A program made the position numbers and the translations under genes. From the sequence record SRR22947727_1468: DNA of 34,355 bases. One strand, 5' to 3'. Shown here piece by piece: positions 9,002 to 18,536 of this stretch. The notes under the pieces are model-generated. The model was not told the origin of the DNA. It did not search any database and saw nothing but the letters and a program-made list of their open reading frames with translations. Numbering within the stretch: position 1 is the first letter of the stretch; every line of letters starts with the position of its first letter.

Positions 9002-9931
9002 ATGACACCTCATTGCACAATTCTAGGCTTGCCCCTTCAGGCGGGCACAGGGCGCGGCGGCTGCCTTATGGGGCCAGACGCCTTTCGCACGGCCGGGCTG
9101 GGAGAGGTCATCACCAGCCAGGGTTTTGGCTTGACAGACCTCGGAAATCTACCCTTTCCAGCCTCTGTACCAGAGGTGACCGGCCCCGCGCATTTGAAGA
9201 AACTGCCCGAAATTGTGGCTTGGACACGGGACATTCAAACCCAGGCGGCCCAGCTGGCCGCACAGGATACTTTTCCAATTTTCATCGGCGGCGATCACTC
9301 CATGGCGGCCGGCACATTGACCGGCGTGGCACAGGCGGCCGCCGCGCTGGGACGGCCGCAATTTGTGCTCTGGCTGGACGCGCATCCCGATATGAACACG
9401 CTCACCAGCAGCCTCAGCGGACATTTGCATGGCACGCCCATGGCCTATGCACTGGGCTTAGACAGCTTCGAGGGGATATTCCCACCCGTGCCCGCGCCCT
9501 TGGATCCGGCCAATATATGTATGATGGGGCTACGTTCTGTGGATGAGGCAGAACATCGCTTCATCGCTGAGTTGGGCATTGATGTCTATGACATGCGCCG
9601 CATTGATGAATTGGGCGTTGTCAAACCTATGGAGGCATTTCTGCGCCGTGTGGCGCAGTCCAATGGCCTGTTGCATGTGAGCTTCGATGTGGATTTCCTC
9701 GACCCAGAGATCGCCCCCGCAGTCGGCACAACCGTGCCAGGCGGCGCCACGTTCCGCGAAGCGCATTTAATCATGGAAATGATCCATGACAGTGGCCTGG
9801 CCAGCTCACTTGACTTGACCGAATTGAATCCCTTCCTCGACATCCGAGGTAAAACCGCAACGCTGATGTGCGATCTGACCGCGTCCCTTTTGGGCCGCAA
9901 GGTTCTAGATCGCCGAACAAGAGGTTTATAA
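9002..9931 (+). CDS. rocF: Arginase
   Basis: GGDHS, DAHPD, SGHLHG, SFDVDFLDP, TELNP ureohydrolase motifs; GGAG RBS; followed by ornithine cyclodeaminase. Confidence 0.93.
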   Translation: MTPHCTILGLPLQAGTGRGGCLMGPDAFRTAGLGEVITSQGFGLTDLGNLPFPASVPEVTGPAHLKKLPEIVAWTRDIQTQAAQLAAQDTFPIFIGGDHSMAAGTLTGVAQAAAALGRPQFVLWLDAHPDMNTLTSSLSGHLHGTPMAYALGLDSFEGIFPPVPAPLDPANICMMGLRSVDEAEHRFIAELGIDVYDMRRIDELGVVKPMEAFLRRVAQSNGLLHVSFDVDFLDPEIAPAVGTTVPGGATFREAHLIMEMIHDSGLASSLDLTELNPFLDIRGKTATLMCDLTASLLGRKVLDRRTRGL

Positions 9932-9932
9932 G

Positions 9933-10991
9933 ATGGCCGCCCCCAATCCTTCCGCCCTGGCCATGGTGCCATTTGTTTCGGTGCAAGACATGATGCGGAT
10001 CGTCAACGCGATCGGCCCGCGACAAATGTTGCGGGAAATTTGTGCCTATATCGAAGCAGATTTCCAACGCTGGGAAACCTTTGACAAGACACCCCGCATT
10101 CCAGCCCATTCGGAGGAAGGCGTGATTGAGCTGATGCCCACCACCGACGGGGAGCATTACGGGTTCAAATATGTCAACGGTCACCCGGCCAATATGGCAC
10201 GCGGATATCAAACGGTCACAGCCTTCGGCGTTTTGGCCAAAGTCTCCAACGGCTATCCGGTTCTGTTCACGGAAATGACCATCCTAACAGCCCTGCGCAC
10301 CGCCGCCACCAGCGCCATGGCGGCAAAATATTTGGCGCCAAAATCCGCGCGGACAATGGCCATGATCGGCAACGGCGCCCAATGCGAATTCCAAGCCTTG
10401 GCGTTTCAGGAGGTTTTAGGAATTGACACAGTTCATCTGTTTGACATCGACCCGAAGGCCAGCGAGAAAGCCGCGCGAAACTTGGCCGACGCCGGCTTGA
10501 AACTGCGCATCTGCGCCAGCGCCGAAGAGGCCGTCGCCGGGGCCGATATCATCACCACCTGCACCGCAGATAAGCAAAATGCCACTGTATTAACCGATAA
10601 TATGGTCGGTGCAGGCGTGCATATCAACGCCATTGGTGGCGACTGTCCGGGCAAGACTGAACTGCACCGCGATATTTTGCACCGCGCGGATATTTTTGTC
10701 GAATACCCAGCGCAAACCCGCATCGAAGGTGAGATCCAAGCCCTGGCAGCCGATCACTCTGTGACAGAACTATGGCAGGTCATTGCTGGACAAAAAACCG
10801 GCCGCAGTACGGAGCGGCAAATCACGCTATTTGATAGCGTGGGGTTTGCCATAGAGGATTTTTCCGCTCTGCGGTATCTGCGGGACCAATTGGAACGCAC
10901 CGGGCATTTTGTTCAGCTTGACCTTCTCGCCGATCCCGATGATCCGCGCGATTTATTTGGCATGGTGAACCGCGCCAAGGAGTCCGTGTGA
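9933..10991 (+). CDS. ocd: Ornithine cyclodeaminase
   Basis: GVIELMP, GFKYVNGHP, LTALRTAATS, IGNGAQ, FDSVGFAIED. Confidence 0.93.
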   Translation: MAAPNPSALAMVPFVSVQDMMRIVNAIGPRQMLREICAYIEADFQRWETFDKTPRIPAHSEEGVIELMPTTDGEHYGFKYVNGHPANMARGYQTVTAFGVLAKVSNGYPVLFTEMTILTALRTAATSAMAAKYLAPKSARTMAMIGNGAQCEFQALAFQEVLGIDTVHLFDIDPKASEKAARNLADAGLKLRICASAEEAVAGADIITTCTADKQNATVLTDNMVGAGVHINAIGGDCPGKTELHRDILHRADIFVEYPAQTRIEGEIQALAADHSVTELWQVIAGQKTGRSTERQITLFDSVGFAIEDFSALRYLRDQLERTGHFVQLDLLADPDDPRDLFGMVNRAKESV

Positions 10992-12109
10992 TGGACCAAT
11001 TCCGCACACAGATGCGCGCCAAAGCCTATGCCTCTGATCCAGAGGTGTTGCAAAATTTGGCCACGCTGGCCCCGAGCCCCGAGGCGCGCGCTGAAATTTC
11101 CCGCCAAGCCAGCGCCATGGTCAAGAGACTGCGTGCAGAGGCTAAGCCCTCTGTGATGGAATTTTTTTTGGCCGAATATGGCCTCTCCTCTGAAGAGGGC
11201 ATCGCCTTGATGTGCCTGGCCGAGGCGCTGTTGCGGGTGCCCGATGCGGCCACCATGGATGCTTTGATCGAAGACAAGATTGCCCCGTCGGAATGGGGCA
11301 AGCATCTGGGGGAAAGCCATTCCACTTTGGTCAATGCGTCAACTTGGGCGCTTTTGGTCACGGGACAGATGCTGGATGCGCCCGACACAGGCATGGCCGG
11401 ACTTTTGCGCGGGGCCATCAAACGCCTCGGCGAGCCGGTCATCCGCCAAGCCGTGGCGCGGGTCATGCGCGAAATGGGGCAACAATTTGTCCTTGGCCAA
11501 ACCATCCAAAAAGCGCTGAGCCGCGCGGCAGGTTTTGAGGCAAAAGGCTATCTGTACAGCTACGACATGTTGGGAGAAGCGGCGATCACCGACGAGGACG
11601 CAAGAGGCTACCATATGGCCTATGCCGATGCGATTGCGCAAATCGCCAAAGCTGCCTCTGGCAGGGATATTTCGCGCAATCCCGGCATCTCCATTAAACT
11701 CTCCGCACTGCATCCCAATTATGATCTGCAACATCGCAAGCAAGTGATGGATGTTTTGGTGCCCCGCGCGCGGTCCTTGGCGCTTTTGGCGAAATCTGCC
11801 GGCATCGGCTTGAACATCGACGCCGAAGAGGCCGCACGTTTGGATCTCTCTTTGGATGTGATCGAAGCTGTCCTATCAGAGCCTGGTCTTGCCCATTGGG
11901 ACGGGTTTGGGGTGGTCGTTCAAGCCTATGGCAAGCGCGCCGCCTATGTCATTGATTGGCTCTATGCTTTGGCCCAAAAACTGGATCGCCGCATCATGGT
12001 GCGTCTGGTCAAGGGCGCTTATTGGGACACGGAAATCAAATTGGCGCAGGTTGAGGGGCTCCCAGGTTTTCCGGTGCTGGCCACGAAACCACATACCGAT
12101 ATGCACTAT
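10988..12109 (+). pseudogene. putA: 5' fragment (~374 codons) of bifunctional proline dehydrogenase/P5C dehydrogenase; ORF runs on to 12238 through antisense cuyA sequence
   Basis: [46 protein letters not shown] present; similarity ends at TDMHY; rest of PRODH barrel and P5CDH domain absent. Confidence 0.9.
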
Positions 12110-12310
12110 CACCATATCCGCGCCCTGCTCCAGAGCTTCCGCCATCAAGAATTCCAGCTTGCGGGTCTTGTTTCCGCCGGTCGACATGCCCGTGCAATCA
12201 TCCCGTTTGATCCAAATCTCAACACCCAGTTCTTTTGACAAACGCTCCATCGGCTCTAGGGGTGTCGAAAGATGCGCAAGAAATACTCTTGGGAAACGGG
12301 CAAGATGCAT
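12107..12310 (-). pseudogene. cuyA: 5' fragment (~68 codons) of L-cysteate sulfo-lyase / D-cysteine desulfhydrase family PLP enzyme
   Basis: MHLARFPR...[28 protein letters not shown]...QGADMV with GAGGAG RBS; the expected TQGAxQSNH does not follow. Confidence 0.85.
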
Positions 12311-12367
12311 GAAAAACTCCTCGGGTTGATTGCCTAGAGACGTAGAGCCAATGCTTTGCTTTATCCA

Positions 12368-12382
12368 ATGCAAAAATTGCAT
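12368..12382. promoter_or_regulatory. LysR-type regulator recognition site upstream of the cuyA fragment
   Basis: ATGC-AAAAATT-GCAT (T-N11-A dyad) about 58 nt upstream of the cuyA start. Confidence 0.6.
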
Positions 12383-12512
12383 CAAGGCATGTCAAACTTG
12401 CAATATCATCGCGCGGCATCTGGTATGGGTCCAAGCAACGTCAGCGCGAAAGTGATCTAATCAAGCCCTCTCTGCGTAAAAATATCAAAACGCAATAAAG
12501 ACTGCCGGACCC

Positions 12513-12878
12513 ATGAATAGAATGATCACTGCCATCTTTTTAAGCCTCATGGCCAGCAGTGCTGCGGCGCAGGAAACTCTGATTGAGAGATCGGACTTTA
12601 TGAGTGCCGTTGCTACCAACATCCTCGAGATCCGACTTTTAAGCCTACAGCTCAAGGTTTTGGACAGCGGCGAAATCACCGGCAAAGCCTTTGGTCGCGG
12701 TGTTACCGGATCCTGGGAGTGGACCGATGGTTTCTTTTGCCGCAGCATGACTTGGGGCGACCGCGAGCTGGAGTATAATTGCCAGCAAGTCAAGAAAGAT
12801 GGCGCATCCCTCATCTTCACCAGCGACAAGGGCACCGGACGCAGCGCCACATTCTCCCTGCGGTCCGACACACAGTAA
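12513..12878 (+). CDS. Conserved roseobacter secreted hypothetical protein
   Basis: Signal peptide ending AAA-Q; GEITGKAFG..VTGSWEW..GFFCR...NCQ pattern with a Cys pair. Confidence 0.8.
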   Translation: MNRMITAIFLSLMASSAAAQETLIERSDFMSAVATNILEIRLLSLQLKVLDSGEITGKAFGRGVTGSWEWTDGFFCRSMTWGDRELEYNCQQVKKDGASLIFTSDKGTGRSATFSLRSDTQ

Positions 12879-12907
12879 GCCCTCAGCCACAAATGGCGGG
12901 CTTACTG
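12873..12907. terminator. Hairpin between convergent genes, possible bidirectional terminator
   Basis: Perfect 10-bp IR CAGTAAGCCC/GGGCTTACTG, inner GCCA/TGGC; no U tract. Confidence 0.5.
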
Positions 12908-13834
12908 AGATTGCAAGCACCGCGCAAGAGCAGCTGTGAGATGTCGGATCAACTGCGGATAAAGTTTTGATCCAAGCTCCAGATCAGACCCAAGCGGATC
13001 TACAATACCCATCTGCGCGTCAGACCCTTTCAGAACCGTTGCAACGAGTCCAGGATTGAACTGCGGCTCGGCAAGAACGCAAACAACCCCGTGTTCTGCG
13101 ACCTGGCCACGGATTTCTGCGATACGGGCTGGGCTAGGATCAGAGGCATCACTGACAGAAATCGCCCCGGATGCCGCAAAATCAAAATCCGTCTCAAAAT
13201 ACTGATAGGCATCATGGAACACAATGAATTCGCGGCCCCGCACTGGATCAAGTGTCGCTTCAACCTCCTCGATGAGGACTTCAATCGCCGCACGGCCTGA
13301 CGCGGCATTCGCCAAATAGGCATCTGAGTTGACCGGATCAAAAGCGGAGAGCCGGCCGGCGATCGTGTCTAACCAGGTCATCGCATTTTTGGGTGACAAC
13401 CACGCATGTGGATCATGCGCACCATGTTCGTCATGATCGTCATGATCATCGTGGTCGCTGTGATCGTGAGCTTCAAACAGCGCATCTTCTCGAAACTCCA
13501 ATTGAATTGTGCCATCGACCTCCAGCAAACTTGTCAAAACCGCGGCCGGCGCGAGGGTTTCAAGCGCCTCTGCCAGCCATGGCGTCAAATCGGGCCCGAT
13601 CCAAAACACAAGATCGGCGTTTTGCAAGGCAGCGGCCTCAGAGGGGCGCAGACTATACTCATGGGGAGTCGCGCCAGATTGGATGATCAAATCAGGCACG
13701 CCAACTCCCTCCATGACCTGCGCCACCAAAGAATGAACCGGCGCGATATCAACGGCAACCTGCGGCCTGTCCGCATAGGCGGGGCCTGCTACGAAAACGG
13801 CCGTGAAGCACAAGCTAAAAAGGGTTCTGGACAT
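12902..13834 (-). CDS. znuA: Zinc ABC transporter substrate-binding protein
   Basis: Signal peptide, TPHEYSLRPS, His/Asp-rich loop, DPHAWL, FHDAYQYFE. Confidence 0.95.
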   Translation of the reverse strand: MSRTLFSLCFTAVFVAGPAYADRPQVAVDIAPVHSLVAQVMEGVGVPDLIIQSGATPHEYSLRPSEAAALQNADLVFWIGPDLTPWLAEALETLAPAAVLTSLLEVDGTIQLEFREDALFEAHDHSDHDDHDDHDEHGAHDPHAWLSPKNAMTWLDTIAGRLSAFDPVNSDAYLANAASGRAAIEVLIEEVEATLDPVRGREFIVFHDAYQYFETDFDFAASGAISVSDASDPSPARIAEIRGQVAEHGVVCVLAEPQFNPGLVATVLKGSDAQMGIVDPLGSDLELGSKLYPQLIRHLTAALARCLQSQ

Positions 13835-13842
13835 GGATGCCT

Positions 13843-13868
13843 CAATGTGATTTTATAACATTACATTG
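13843..13868. promoter_or_regulatory. Zur box
   Basis: 26-bp near-palindrome CAATGTGATTTTATAACATTACATTG (2 mismatched pairs) between divergent znuA and zur-znuCB. Confidence 0.88.
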
Positions 13869-13890
13869 GGTGTAAGCGAAATGTGAACGA

Positions 13891-14406
13891 ATGACAAGTA
13901 AAGCCACGACAATAAATACAGCCAGCCAGCCCCTCGGGTTTGCACAGCACAATCACGGCGCATGTATGAGCGAGGCCTTGGCCGCAGCGGAGGCGCGTTG
14001 CGCGGCGGGTGGTTTGCGCTTTACGCCTGTGCGGCGCAAGGTGCTCGAAATTTTGCTGCAGGACCACCGCGCGCTGGGTGCCTATTCGATCCTAGACCGG
14101 CTCCGCGAAGAGGGGTTCGGATCGCAACCGCCGGTCGCATATCGCGCCTTGGATTTCCTGGTTGCAAATGGGTTGGCCCATAAGATCGAACGGTTGAATG
14201 CTTTCATCGCCTGCGTGCACACCCACCATTCCCACACGCCAGCCTTTATGATTTGCCGGTTGTGCGATGCGGTGGCCGAGGCGCTATCGACCACAGCACG
14301 GGGCGTACTGCATAACGCGGCACATGCCACAGGCTTTCACATAGAGCGGACTGTCATTGAGGCGGAAGGTATCTGCCCGGGCTGCACCGAAAAGGCCCAA
14401 GCATGA
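13891..14406 (+). CDS. zur: Zinc uptake regulator (Fur family)
   Basis: TPVRRKVLEIL, QPPVAYRALDFL, CxxC pairs (CRLC, CPGC); first gene of znu operon. Confidence 0.93.
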   Translation: MTSKATTINTASQPLGFAQHNHGACMSEALAAAEARCAAGGLRFTPVRRKVLEILLQDHRALGAYSILDRLREEGFGSQPPVAYRALDFLVANGLAHKIERLNAFIACVHTHHSHTPAFMICRLCDAVAEALSTTARGVLHNAAHATGFHIERTVIEAEGICPGCTEKAQA

Positions 14407-15152
14407 GCTTGGTTCAGGTTGACGAGCTCTGCGTGACCTATGGCGCAACACCAGCCTTGTCGCATGTCTCTTTACGGATCGACCCTGGAGAAATCGTAAC
14501 AATCGTTGGCCCCAATGGATCCGGTAAAACCAGCCTGCTTCGAGCCATTATCGGTGCGATCAAGCCATTTAAGGGCCAGGTCTCGCACGCCCATGACCTC
14601 AAAATCGGATATGTCCCCCAAAAGCTCCATATTGACGAAACTCTACCCATTACAGTTTCAAGGTTTTTAAACCTGCAAGGTGGCGTCACCTCTACAGACA
14701 TCAGTGATGCGCTCACCCAGGCGGGCGTTCCTGAACTGGAAAAGGCGCAACTGTCGCAGCTGTCAGGTGGACAGTTTCAAAGAGTTTTGCTCGCGCGGGC
14801 ATTGATTGCTAAACCCGATTTGCTTTTGTTGGACGAAGCCACACAGGGTTTAGATCAACGCGGTTCAGCGTCATTTTACCAACAGATCGAAACAGTGCGG
14901 AACACGACCGGCTGTGCCGTTCTAATGATCAGCCACGAATTGCATGTCGTCATGAGCGCCTCTGACCGCGTTATCTGCCTCAATAGCCATATCTGCTGCG
15001 AAGGAACGCCCGCGGTCGTGGCATCTGCACCAGAATATAGGGCCTTGTTTGGGTCAGGAACGGGCGGCGCACTCGCACTTTACCGACATGAACACGACCA
15101 TGGACACGATCATGCCGATCATCACCACCAACACACAAAGGTCGTAGAATAA
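14403..15152 (+). CDS. znuC: Zinc ABC transporter ATP-binding protein
   Basis: GPNGSGKT, LSGGQFQR, LLLLDE, HICCEGTP, His-rich tail. Confidence 0.95.
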   Translation: MSLVQVDELCVTYGATPALSHVSLRIDPGEIVTIVGPNGSGKTSLLRAIIGAIKPFKGQVSHAHDLKIGYVPQKLHIDETLPITVSRFLNLQGGVTSTDISDALTQAGVPELEKAQLSQLSGGQFQRVLLARALIAKPDLLLLDEATQGLDQRGSASFYQQIETVRNTTGCAVLMISHELHVVMSASDRVICLNSHICCEGTPAVVASAPEYRALFGSGTGGALALYRHEHDHGHDHADHHHQHTKVVE

Positions 15153-15946
15153 TGATGGATGATTTTATGATACGTGCGGCTCTGGCCGGCATTGGCGTGG
15201 CCTTCGCCGCGGCACCGCTCGGGTGCTTTGTTGTCTGGCGGCGCATGGCCTATTTTGGGGACGCTACCGCCCATGCGGCGATCCTTGGCGTGGCATTGTC
15301 CTTGGCATTTTCGATGTCCATATTCGTGGGGACGGTGGTGGTGGCTCTGCTCATGGCCCTTGTCGTCAGCATCTTATCCGGTCGCGGCTATGCAATGGAC
15401 ACATTGCTGGGGGTTCTGGCACATTCGGCCATTGCCTTTGGACTTGTCGCGGTCTCCTTTCTGTCCGGCGTACGGATTGATCTCATGGCCTATCTCTTTG
15501 GTGATATCCTTGCAGTCTCACAGGATGATCTTGCGGTCATCTGGGGCGGTGCGGTGCTTGTGGTGGCGCTGATTGGCTGGCGCTGGTCGGCCTTGCTGAC
15601 CTCAACTTTGAACGAGGATCTCGCCTATGCGAGTGGGATCAACCCAAAACGTGAGCAACTGGCGTTGACATTTGCACTGGCCATTACGGTTGCAGTCGCG
15701 ATCAAAGTGGTCGGTGTGTTGCTTATCGCGGCCATGTTGATCATTCCCGCCGCCGCCGCCCGCCCTTTGTCGCGGACCCCCGAAGGCATGGCTTTGATGG
15801 CCGGTCTCATCGGAGTTGTTTCAGCCATAATTGGCCTGCGCGCAGCCTATGTGTTTGATACGCCCGCGGGCCCATCCATCGTCTGTATCGCGGCGCTGAC
15901 TTTCCTTGTGACAAGCGTGTTCAAAGCCGTGAGGCCCCAACGATAA
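15152..15946 (+). CDS. znuB: Zinc ABC transporter permease
   Basis: GCFVVWRRMAYFGDATAH, YLFGDIL, TPAGPSIV. Confidence 0.95.
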   Translation: MMDDFMIRAALAGIGVAFAAAPLGCFVVWRRMAYFGDATAHAAILGVALSLAFSMSIFVGTVVVALLMALVVSILSGRGYAMDTLLGVLAHSAIAFGLVAVSFLSGVRIDLMAYLFGDILAVSQDDLAVIWGGAVLVVALIGWRWSALLTSTLNEDLAYASGINPKREQLALTFALAITVAVAIKVVGVLLIAAMLIIPAAAARPLSRTPEGMALMAGLIGVVSAIIGLRAAYVFDTPAGPSIVCIAALTFLVTSVFKAVRPQR

Positions 15947-16069
15947 ATATGCCTTCCTATCCTTTTTGACAGTTTACCCATTTCTCATCTAAGTTTCAAA
16001 GCTAAGAGCAGCATCACAGGAATGGCCTATTGCAATCAGCCCGAACATCGGCATCCGCGGAGATCAAAC

Positions 16070-17956
16070 ATGAAAACCTCTATTGCGACCGTCTCTATAT
16101 CGGGCAACTTCGCAGAAAAGCTCGAAGCGATCGCGGCCGCCGGATTCCATGGGCTGGAAATTTTTGAGCAAGATTTTATCGCCCATGACGCCAATCCGCG
16201 CGAAGTCGGCGAGATGATCCGCGCGATGGGGCTTGAAATCACCATTTTTCAACCCTTTCGTGACTTTGAGGGCCTGCCTGATCCTCTGCGCGCAAAGGCT
16301 TTTGATCGCGCAGAGCATAAGTTTGACCTGATCCAAGAATTGGGAACGGATCTCATGTTGATTTGCTCGTCTTGCAATCCAGAGGCAATTGGCGGCATTG
16401 ATCGCGCAGCGGCAGATTTTCACGAGCTCGGGGAACGCGCGAAAAAGAGGGGGCTGCGCGTCGGTTATGAGGCACTGGCCTGGGGTCGTCATGTCAATGA
16501 TCACCGGGACGCTTGGGAAATCGTACGGCGCGCCGACCATGAAAATATCGGGCTCATTCTGGACAGCTATCACACTTTGGCACGCAAGATTGATCCAGAT
16601 ACAATCCGCCGCATTCCCGGCGATAAAATTTTCTTCGTTCACTTTGCCGATGCGCCAGCCATTGACATGGACTTGCTCTATCGCTCGCGTCACTTTCGCA
16701 ACATGCCAGGAGAAGGTGACCTTGATATGATCGGCTTCACACGCGCGGTGATGGCAACCGGATATTCTGGTCCTATTTCGCTTGAAATATTTAACGATCA
16801 ATTCCGAGGCGGCCAACCAAAAACCATCGCAAAAGACGGCTATCGATCCCTTTTGGCGCTGATGGATGATGTCCATCGCGCAGAGCCAGCGCTCGCACTG
16901 ACTGTGCCGGACATGCCAGCGCGAATCCAAGCCAAAGGCCTGTCATTCATTGAGTTTGCGAGTAAGGGAGAAGACGCAGAGACGCTGGGCGCTTTGCTCT
17001 CCAGCCTCGGGTTTACAGCTTGCGCCGATCATCTGACTTTGGACCTCACCCTATGGACACAGGGCGACATTCGCATCTTGGTGAACCGCGAAACCAAAGG
17101 CTACGCCAGCAGCGCATTTACGCTCCATGGAACCAATGTCTGCGATATTGGGATTGCAGTGGAAGATGCAAAAGAGGCCGCCGAACGCGCGCAACTCTTG
17201 GGTGCGGATCTATTTGAGCAGCCAATCGATCCCAAACACCTGAAAATTCCAGCCATCCACGGCCAAAGTGGTGGAATTTTGCATTATATCGACGATAAGA
17301 CCGGGCTATCGAATGTATGGGATGTCGAATTCACCAATCGCGCCGAGCCCTCACAGGCGGCGGGTCTGACCCGCGTCGATCATATGGGGCATACGATGAG
17401 CTATGAGGATATGCTCAGCTGGTCTCTCTTTTACACAACGCTATTTGACCTGAAAAAATCCGCAATGGTTGACGTGGTCGATCCCGACGGGCTGGTGCGA
17501 TCACAGGCGCTCGAGTCATCAGATGGCAGCCTAAGGATTACCCTCAACGGGGCGGAAACGCATAAGACCATGGCGGGCCGTTTTTTGGCGGAAAGTTCCA
17601 ACGCCTCGGTTCAGCATATTGCCTTTGCGACAGATGATATATTTGCCTCTGCCCAAAGATTAGAGACCTGTGGGTTTGCCCCCTTGCCGATCGCGCGCAA
17701 TTATTACGCCGACCTGGCCGCACGTTTCGACATTGATGCGGCAACACTGGCGCGCTTACGGGCGCAAAATATTCTTTATGATGAGGATGCGCGGGGGAAA
17801 TTCTTCCAACTCTACTCGCGCCCCTTCGCCGACGGCATGTTTTTTGAAATCGTACAACGCACAGGTGGATATGAAGGATACGGTGGCCCCAACGCCCCAT
17901 TCCGCATCGCAGCACAAAAGCGGCTGATGCGGCCCAAGGGGATGCCGAAGATATAG
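16070..17956 (+). CDS. Sugar-phosphate isomerase/epimerase + HPPD-like fusion, QuiC1-type 3-dehydroshikimate dehydratase
   Basis: FQPFRDFEG, YEALAWG, SRHFRNMPGEG, SLEIFND; C-terminal HPPD fold with DH..QHIAF..FFEIVQR; GGAGA RBS. Confidence 0.85.
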   Translation: MKTSIATVSISGNFAEKLEAIAAAGFHGLEIFEQDFIAHDANPREVGEMIRAMGLEITIFQPFRDFEGLPDPLRAKAFDRAEHKFDLIQELGTDLMLICSSCNPEAIGGIDRAAADFHELGERAKKRGLRVGYEALAWGRHVNDHRDAWEIVRRADHENIGLILDSYHTLARKIDPDTIRRIPGDKIFFVHFADAPAIDMDLLYRSRHFRNMPGEGDLDMIGFTRAVMATGYSGPISLEIFNDQFRGGQPKTIAKDGYRSLLALMDDVHRAEPALALTVPDMPARIQAKGLSFIEFASKGEDAETLGALLSSLGFTACADHLTLDLTLWTQGDIRILVNRETKGYASSAFTLHGTNVCDIGIAVEDAKEAAERAQLLGADLFEQPIDPKHLKIPAIHGQSGGILHYIDDKTGLSNVWDVEFTNRAEPSQAAGLTRVDHMGHTMSYEDMLSWSLFYTTLFDLKKSAMVDVVDPDGLVRSQALESSDGSLRITLNGAETHKTMAGRFLAESSNASVQHIAFATDDIFASAQRLETCGFAPLPIARNYYADLAARFDIDAATLARLRAQNILYDEDARGKFFQLYSRPFADGMFFEIVQRTGGYEGYGGPNAPFRIAAQKRLMRPKGMPKI

Positions 17957-18004
17957 GCGGGCGTGCGGGGCGATTAGGGTCCCCACAAGCCATATTTCCT
18001 CATG

Positions 18005-18436
18005 GCGGGTATAATGCGACAATGGCTTATTCCCACTAAGACCAATCAAATAGTTACACGACCGCTCAGCAGCTACACGGAAGGTCTTAGGCCGACCTTT
18101 ACCCTTCTGCTCAAGATAGACCTCCAAGGCATCCAGAAGGGACGGACAGTTAGTTTGAGGCTGGTTCGAGGCTACTTCTTGGCTGCTACTCGAAGAGTCC
18201 CTAACCAACGACAAACCAATCACATCAGACTTAGCCAATCGCATCTGGCTCCAGTACGCCTCTAGCTTGGCAGCCGTAATACTGGCTTGCACCTTAGCTT
18301 TCTGAGGGGATGTTGTACGCAGCCCTTGGACAATACGATGGTAAGAATAATGGCCTTGCAGGTCGGCAGGAACACGCCTGGAGAAGTAATAATAGCCGTT
18401 ACGGATGAAAGTATGGGGGATAGATTTGGTCAGCAA
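18005..18436 (-). pseudogene. N-terminal remnant of a tyrosine integrase (DUF6538-type N-domain), catalytic domain lost
   Basis: RNGYYYFSRRVPADL..IVQGLRT N-terminus, LLDALEVYL core-binding start; no R-H-R-Y catalytic region; about 100 bp from the tRNA 3' end. Confidence 0.8.
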
Positions 18437-18445
18437 TTTGGTCAG
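18424..18445. repeat. Tandem 10-bp direct repeat, candidate integrase arm-binding sites
   Basis: ATTTGGTCAG at 18424-18433 and 18436-18445. Confidence 0.55.
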
Positions 18446-18536
18446 TACTCACGTGCGGCATTACAAGCGCCGGGCCAGAAGATATGATTTATAACTGATG
18501 CTTATCGGGGATATGCCACTGCTAGTAAGGCAGTGA

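Noticed and set aside
10988-12238. 416-aa ORF as a novel monofunctional proline dehydrogenase
   Set aside because: It lacks the last part of the PRODH barrel (ATHN, QRLHGMG, RRLLEN motifs) and its last ~42 residues are antisense cuyA sequence
13420-13470. Short tandem repeats (TCATGATCG-like)
   Set aside because: They encode the normal His/Asp-rich loop of ZnuA; not CRISPR or a VNTR system
17544-17993. 149-aa minus-strand ORF with a GAGGA RBS
   Set aside because: Almost entirely antisense to quiC, low-complexity Arg/Pro-rich, no recognisable motif
17756-18436. 226-aa ORF as an intact protein
   Set aside because: After about YTR (18005) it reads through intergenic DNA and antisense quiC; only the N-terminal ~144 codons are integrase-like
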